DNA of 35,958 nucleotides, taken from positions 1 through 35,958 of the forward strand of contig SIAT01000001.1 in NCBI GenBank assembly GCA_009691645.1, in the 5' to 3' direction. This DNA comes from Pedosphaera sp. (GTDB lineage: Bacteria > Verrucomicrobiota > Verrucomicrobiia > Limisphaerales > SIAT01). Shown piece by piece: positions 34,298 through 35,958 of the stretch; position 1 is the stretch's first letter, and the number at the start of each line of letters is the position of its first letter. The position numbers were made by a program, and so were the translations under genes. The notes below the pieces were generated by a model. That model did not search any database. It had not been told where the DNA came from and saw only the letters and a program-made list of their open reading frames with translations.

Positions 34298-34499
34298 CGC
34301 GTCCATCCTACGAGGTTTTCCGCGCGCCTCAACCAATTCTTTGTCCACCTTATTCACAGCGCCCGGGCAACGCCCGATCGGCCTCAGCACACCGGCCGGA
34401 ATCGGGCGACGCACACAATCGAGTTATCCGCGAACGGGTCCCCTGACCCAGCGTTTCTTTGCTGACAACCCGGCGCGGCGCGACTAACAACTTCGCCCC

Positions 34500-35423
34500 G
34501 TGCTCGGCGCTGTTCTTGCCACCATCCTGTTTTCCTGCTCCGGCGTCTCCGGCCGTCAACTGGTCAAGTGGCTGCCCGGCACGGAAGTCAACTTCTGGCG
34601 GCTCACGCTGGCCACGCTGCTGCTCGGCGCATGGGCGCACACGATGGGCGGAGGTTTGGGCGGCGGAGCATTGGCGGTCTTCCTCATCAGCGGCGCCATC
34701 GGCTTCGGCTTCGGTGACATCGCCCTCTTCCAAACCTACCCGCGCCTCGGCACACGGCTGACGATGATGATGGTGAATTGCCTCGCCGCGCCCTTCGCCG
34801 CGCTCATCGAATGGATGTGGCTCGGCAACAGCCTCAACGCAGCCGAAGTCACCTGCGGCGTAGTCATCCTTGCGGGCGTCGGCACGGCGCTCGCACCGGG
34901 CGAGAACCCGCACATCGAGCGGCTCGCTCTCAGGGCCGGCATCACCTTCGGCACGCTCGCGGCGCTCGGCCAGGGTCTCGGCGCAGTGCTGAGCCGCAAA
35001 GCGTACGAGGTCGCCGAGGCCGCCGGCCAACCGGTGGATGGCATCACCGCCGCCTACCAGCGTATCCTCGGCGGGCTGTTCGTCACCGCGCTGTTTCTGC
35101 TTTTCCTGCGACGGAAGAAAATCTTTGGCGCGGAAGAACCCGTTTCACCCTCACCCGCGTTGACGCAGCGCGAGAAGTGGCGCGCCGCCGCGCCGTGGCT
35201 CGTGTTCAACGCCCTCGTCGGCCCGACGCTCGGCGTGAGTTGTTACCAGTGGGCACTGCTCACCAAAGGCACCGGCGTGGTGTTGCCGATCATCGCCATC
35301 ACGCCGCTCACAGTGATTCCCTTCGCGGTCTGGATGGGCGAGGAACGGCCGAGCCGACGCGCGCTGATCGGCGGCGTGGTCGCCGTGGCGGGCGCGGTCG
35401 CGCTGGTGCTCGTGAGCCGGTGA
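34500..35423 (+). CDS. EamA/DMT-superfamily transporter
   Basis: 307 aa with about 10 hydrophobic segments in two halves and a Gly/Ala-rich helix pattern typical of EamA repeats. GTG start. Confidence 0.75.
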   Translation: MLGAVLATILFSCSGVSGRQLVKWLPGTEVNFWRLTLATLLLGAWAHTMGGGLGGGALAVFLISGAIGFGFGDIALFQTYPRLGTRLTMMMVNCLAAPFAALIEWMWLGNSLNAAEVTCGVVILAGVGTALAPGENPHIERLALRAGITFGTLAALGQGLGAVLSRKAYEVAEAAGQPVDGITAAYQRILGGLFVTALFLLFLRRKKIFGAEEPVSPSPALTQREKWRAAAPWLVFNALVGPTLGVSCYQWALLTKGTGVVLPIIAITPLTVIPFAVWMGEERPSRRALIGGVVAVAGAVALVLVSR

Positions 35424-35523
35424 CGTGGAAATTTCACGAAGCGCAGTTGACAGAGAGATGCGAAACTGTTTTCTGTAGGCATCGCACGATGCAATTGGAC
35501 GTTAAAGCCAATTACTCTTTCCG

Positions 35524-35544
35524 CCGCGAATAACCTCTTCGCGG
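35524..35544 (+). terminator. hairpin downstream of the transporter gene (possible weak terminator)
   Basis: CCGCGAA / TTCGCGG 7-bp stem with a 7-nt loop. The T-rich tract (CCTTTTCCTTTTCC) starts only 9 nt later, so it is not a textbook terminator. Confidence 0.3.
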
Positions 35545-35596
35545 TTCGCCGCCTTTTCCTTTTCCTACCACCACCGACCAAGCTTTTTATTTTTTG

Positions 35597-35958
35597 ATGC
35601 GCGTTATTTTCAAACCTGTTCCCGGCGCCATTATCGCTCCGAAAGGTTTCTTTACCGCGGGCGTCTTCTGCGACATCAAACGGCTCGGCACCGGCAAAGG
35701 TTCTCAGAAAGGAAAGAAGCGCGACCTCGCGCTCATCGTCTCCGAGGTGCCCGCGGCCGTGGCGGGGATGTTCACGACGAATCAGATCTGTGCCGCACCG
35801 GTGAAAGTCTGCGCCGAGCGCGTGAAGGGCGGCATCGCGCAGGCCATCGTCGTGAATTCCGGCAACGCCAATGCCTGCACCGGCAAGCAGGGAATGAAGG
35901 ACGCGCTCGCGATGAGCGACCTCGTCGCACGGCAACTTCACCTTCCCGCCGAGCACGT
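35597..35958 (+). CDS. argJ: bifunctional ornithine acetyltransferase / N-acetylglutamate synthase; N-terminal part, runs off the window
   Basis: Absent from the ORF track because there is no stop. From ATG 35597: MRVIFKPVPGAIIAPKGFFTAGVFCDIKRLGTGKGSQKGKKRDLALIVSEVPAAVAGMFTTNQICAAPVKVC...AIVVNSGNANACTGKQG, the canonical ArgJ N-terminus. Confidence 0.9.
   Translation, partial: MRVIFKPVPGAIIAPKGFFTAGVFCDIKRLGTGKGSQKGKKRDLALIVSEVPAAVAGMFTTNQICAAPVKVCAERVKGGIAQAIVVNSGNANACTGKQGMKDALAMSDLVARQLHLPAEH

Noticed and set aside
31985-34465. 826-aa plus-strand ORF, the longest unexplained ORF in the track.
   Set aside because: It runs antisense across the enolase-family gene, an intergenic gap and the NlpI-like gene. 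Its Arg/Leu/His-rich composition marks it as a high-GC artefact. The same reasoning applies to 19657-21036(-), 23477-24628(+), 25117-26453(+), 29038-30306(+) and 30729-31931(+).
35423-35437. Imperfect palindrome CGTGGAAATTTCACG upstream of argJ, considered as an ArgR (ARG-box) operator.
   Set aside because: It is a single half-matching site about 160 nt upstream of the ATG, abutting the transporter's stop codon. It has a central mismatch and only weak resemblance to the TGAAT-N-ATTCA consensus.
1-35958. Whether any part of the window is a mobile or horizontally acquired island or a defence locus.
   Set aside because: I saw no integrase, transposase, tRNA attachment site, flanking direct repeats, nuclease, helicase, methylase or reverse-transcriptase motifs, and no obvious compositional break.

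Overview
High-GC, very gene-dense chromosomal window. I call 33 protein-coding genes, two of them truncated by the window edges. I saw no rRNA, tRNA, CRISPR array, transposase, integrase or phage-like genes. The content is mostly housekeeping for a Gram-negative (diderm) cell. It includes the N-degron pathway (aat, clpS), cysE, LPS and lipid A genes (GT9 heptosyltransferase, lpxL, lpxK, lpxD), nfeD, an ECF sigma module, rpsU, cca, a sigma-54 activator, panD, rplM-rpsI, argC and argJ. Interspersed are secreted-protein families typical of the PVC superphylum: ThuA, PmoA-like/DUF6807, tandem DUF1080, Gfo/Idh/MocA, and large TPR proteins. From this I infer a Verrucomicrobiota-like source; that is inference only. 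The least ordinary part is a long minus-strand array at 22288-34306. It runs NlpI-like TPR protein, enolase-superfamily enzyme, O-methyltransferase, a ~1065-aa all-TPR secreted protein, then a 1333-aa membrane-anchored protein, then a tandem DUF1080 protein. The 1333-aa protein has four 336-nt tandem repeats in a Ser/Gly/Ala spacer and a terpenoid-cyclase-like C-terminal domain, and its ATG lies 8 nt after the TPR gene's stop. Other points worth a second look are an uncharacterised gene coupled between clpS and aat, an ECF sigma operon bracketed by two LTXXQ (Spy/CpxP-like) proteins, and a TPR/CPHC thioredoxin-fold fusion. Many starts appear to be GTG or TTG, so several 5' ends are uncertain. 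The many long antisense ORFs in the track are high-GC artefacts. All family assignments come from motif recognition by eye and need HMM or structure searches to confirm.
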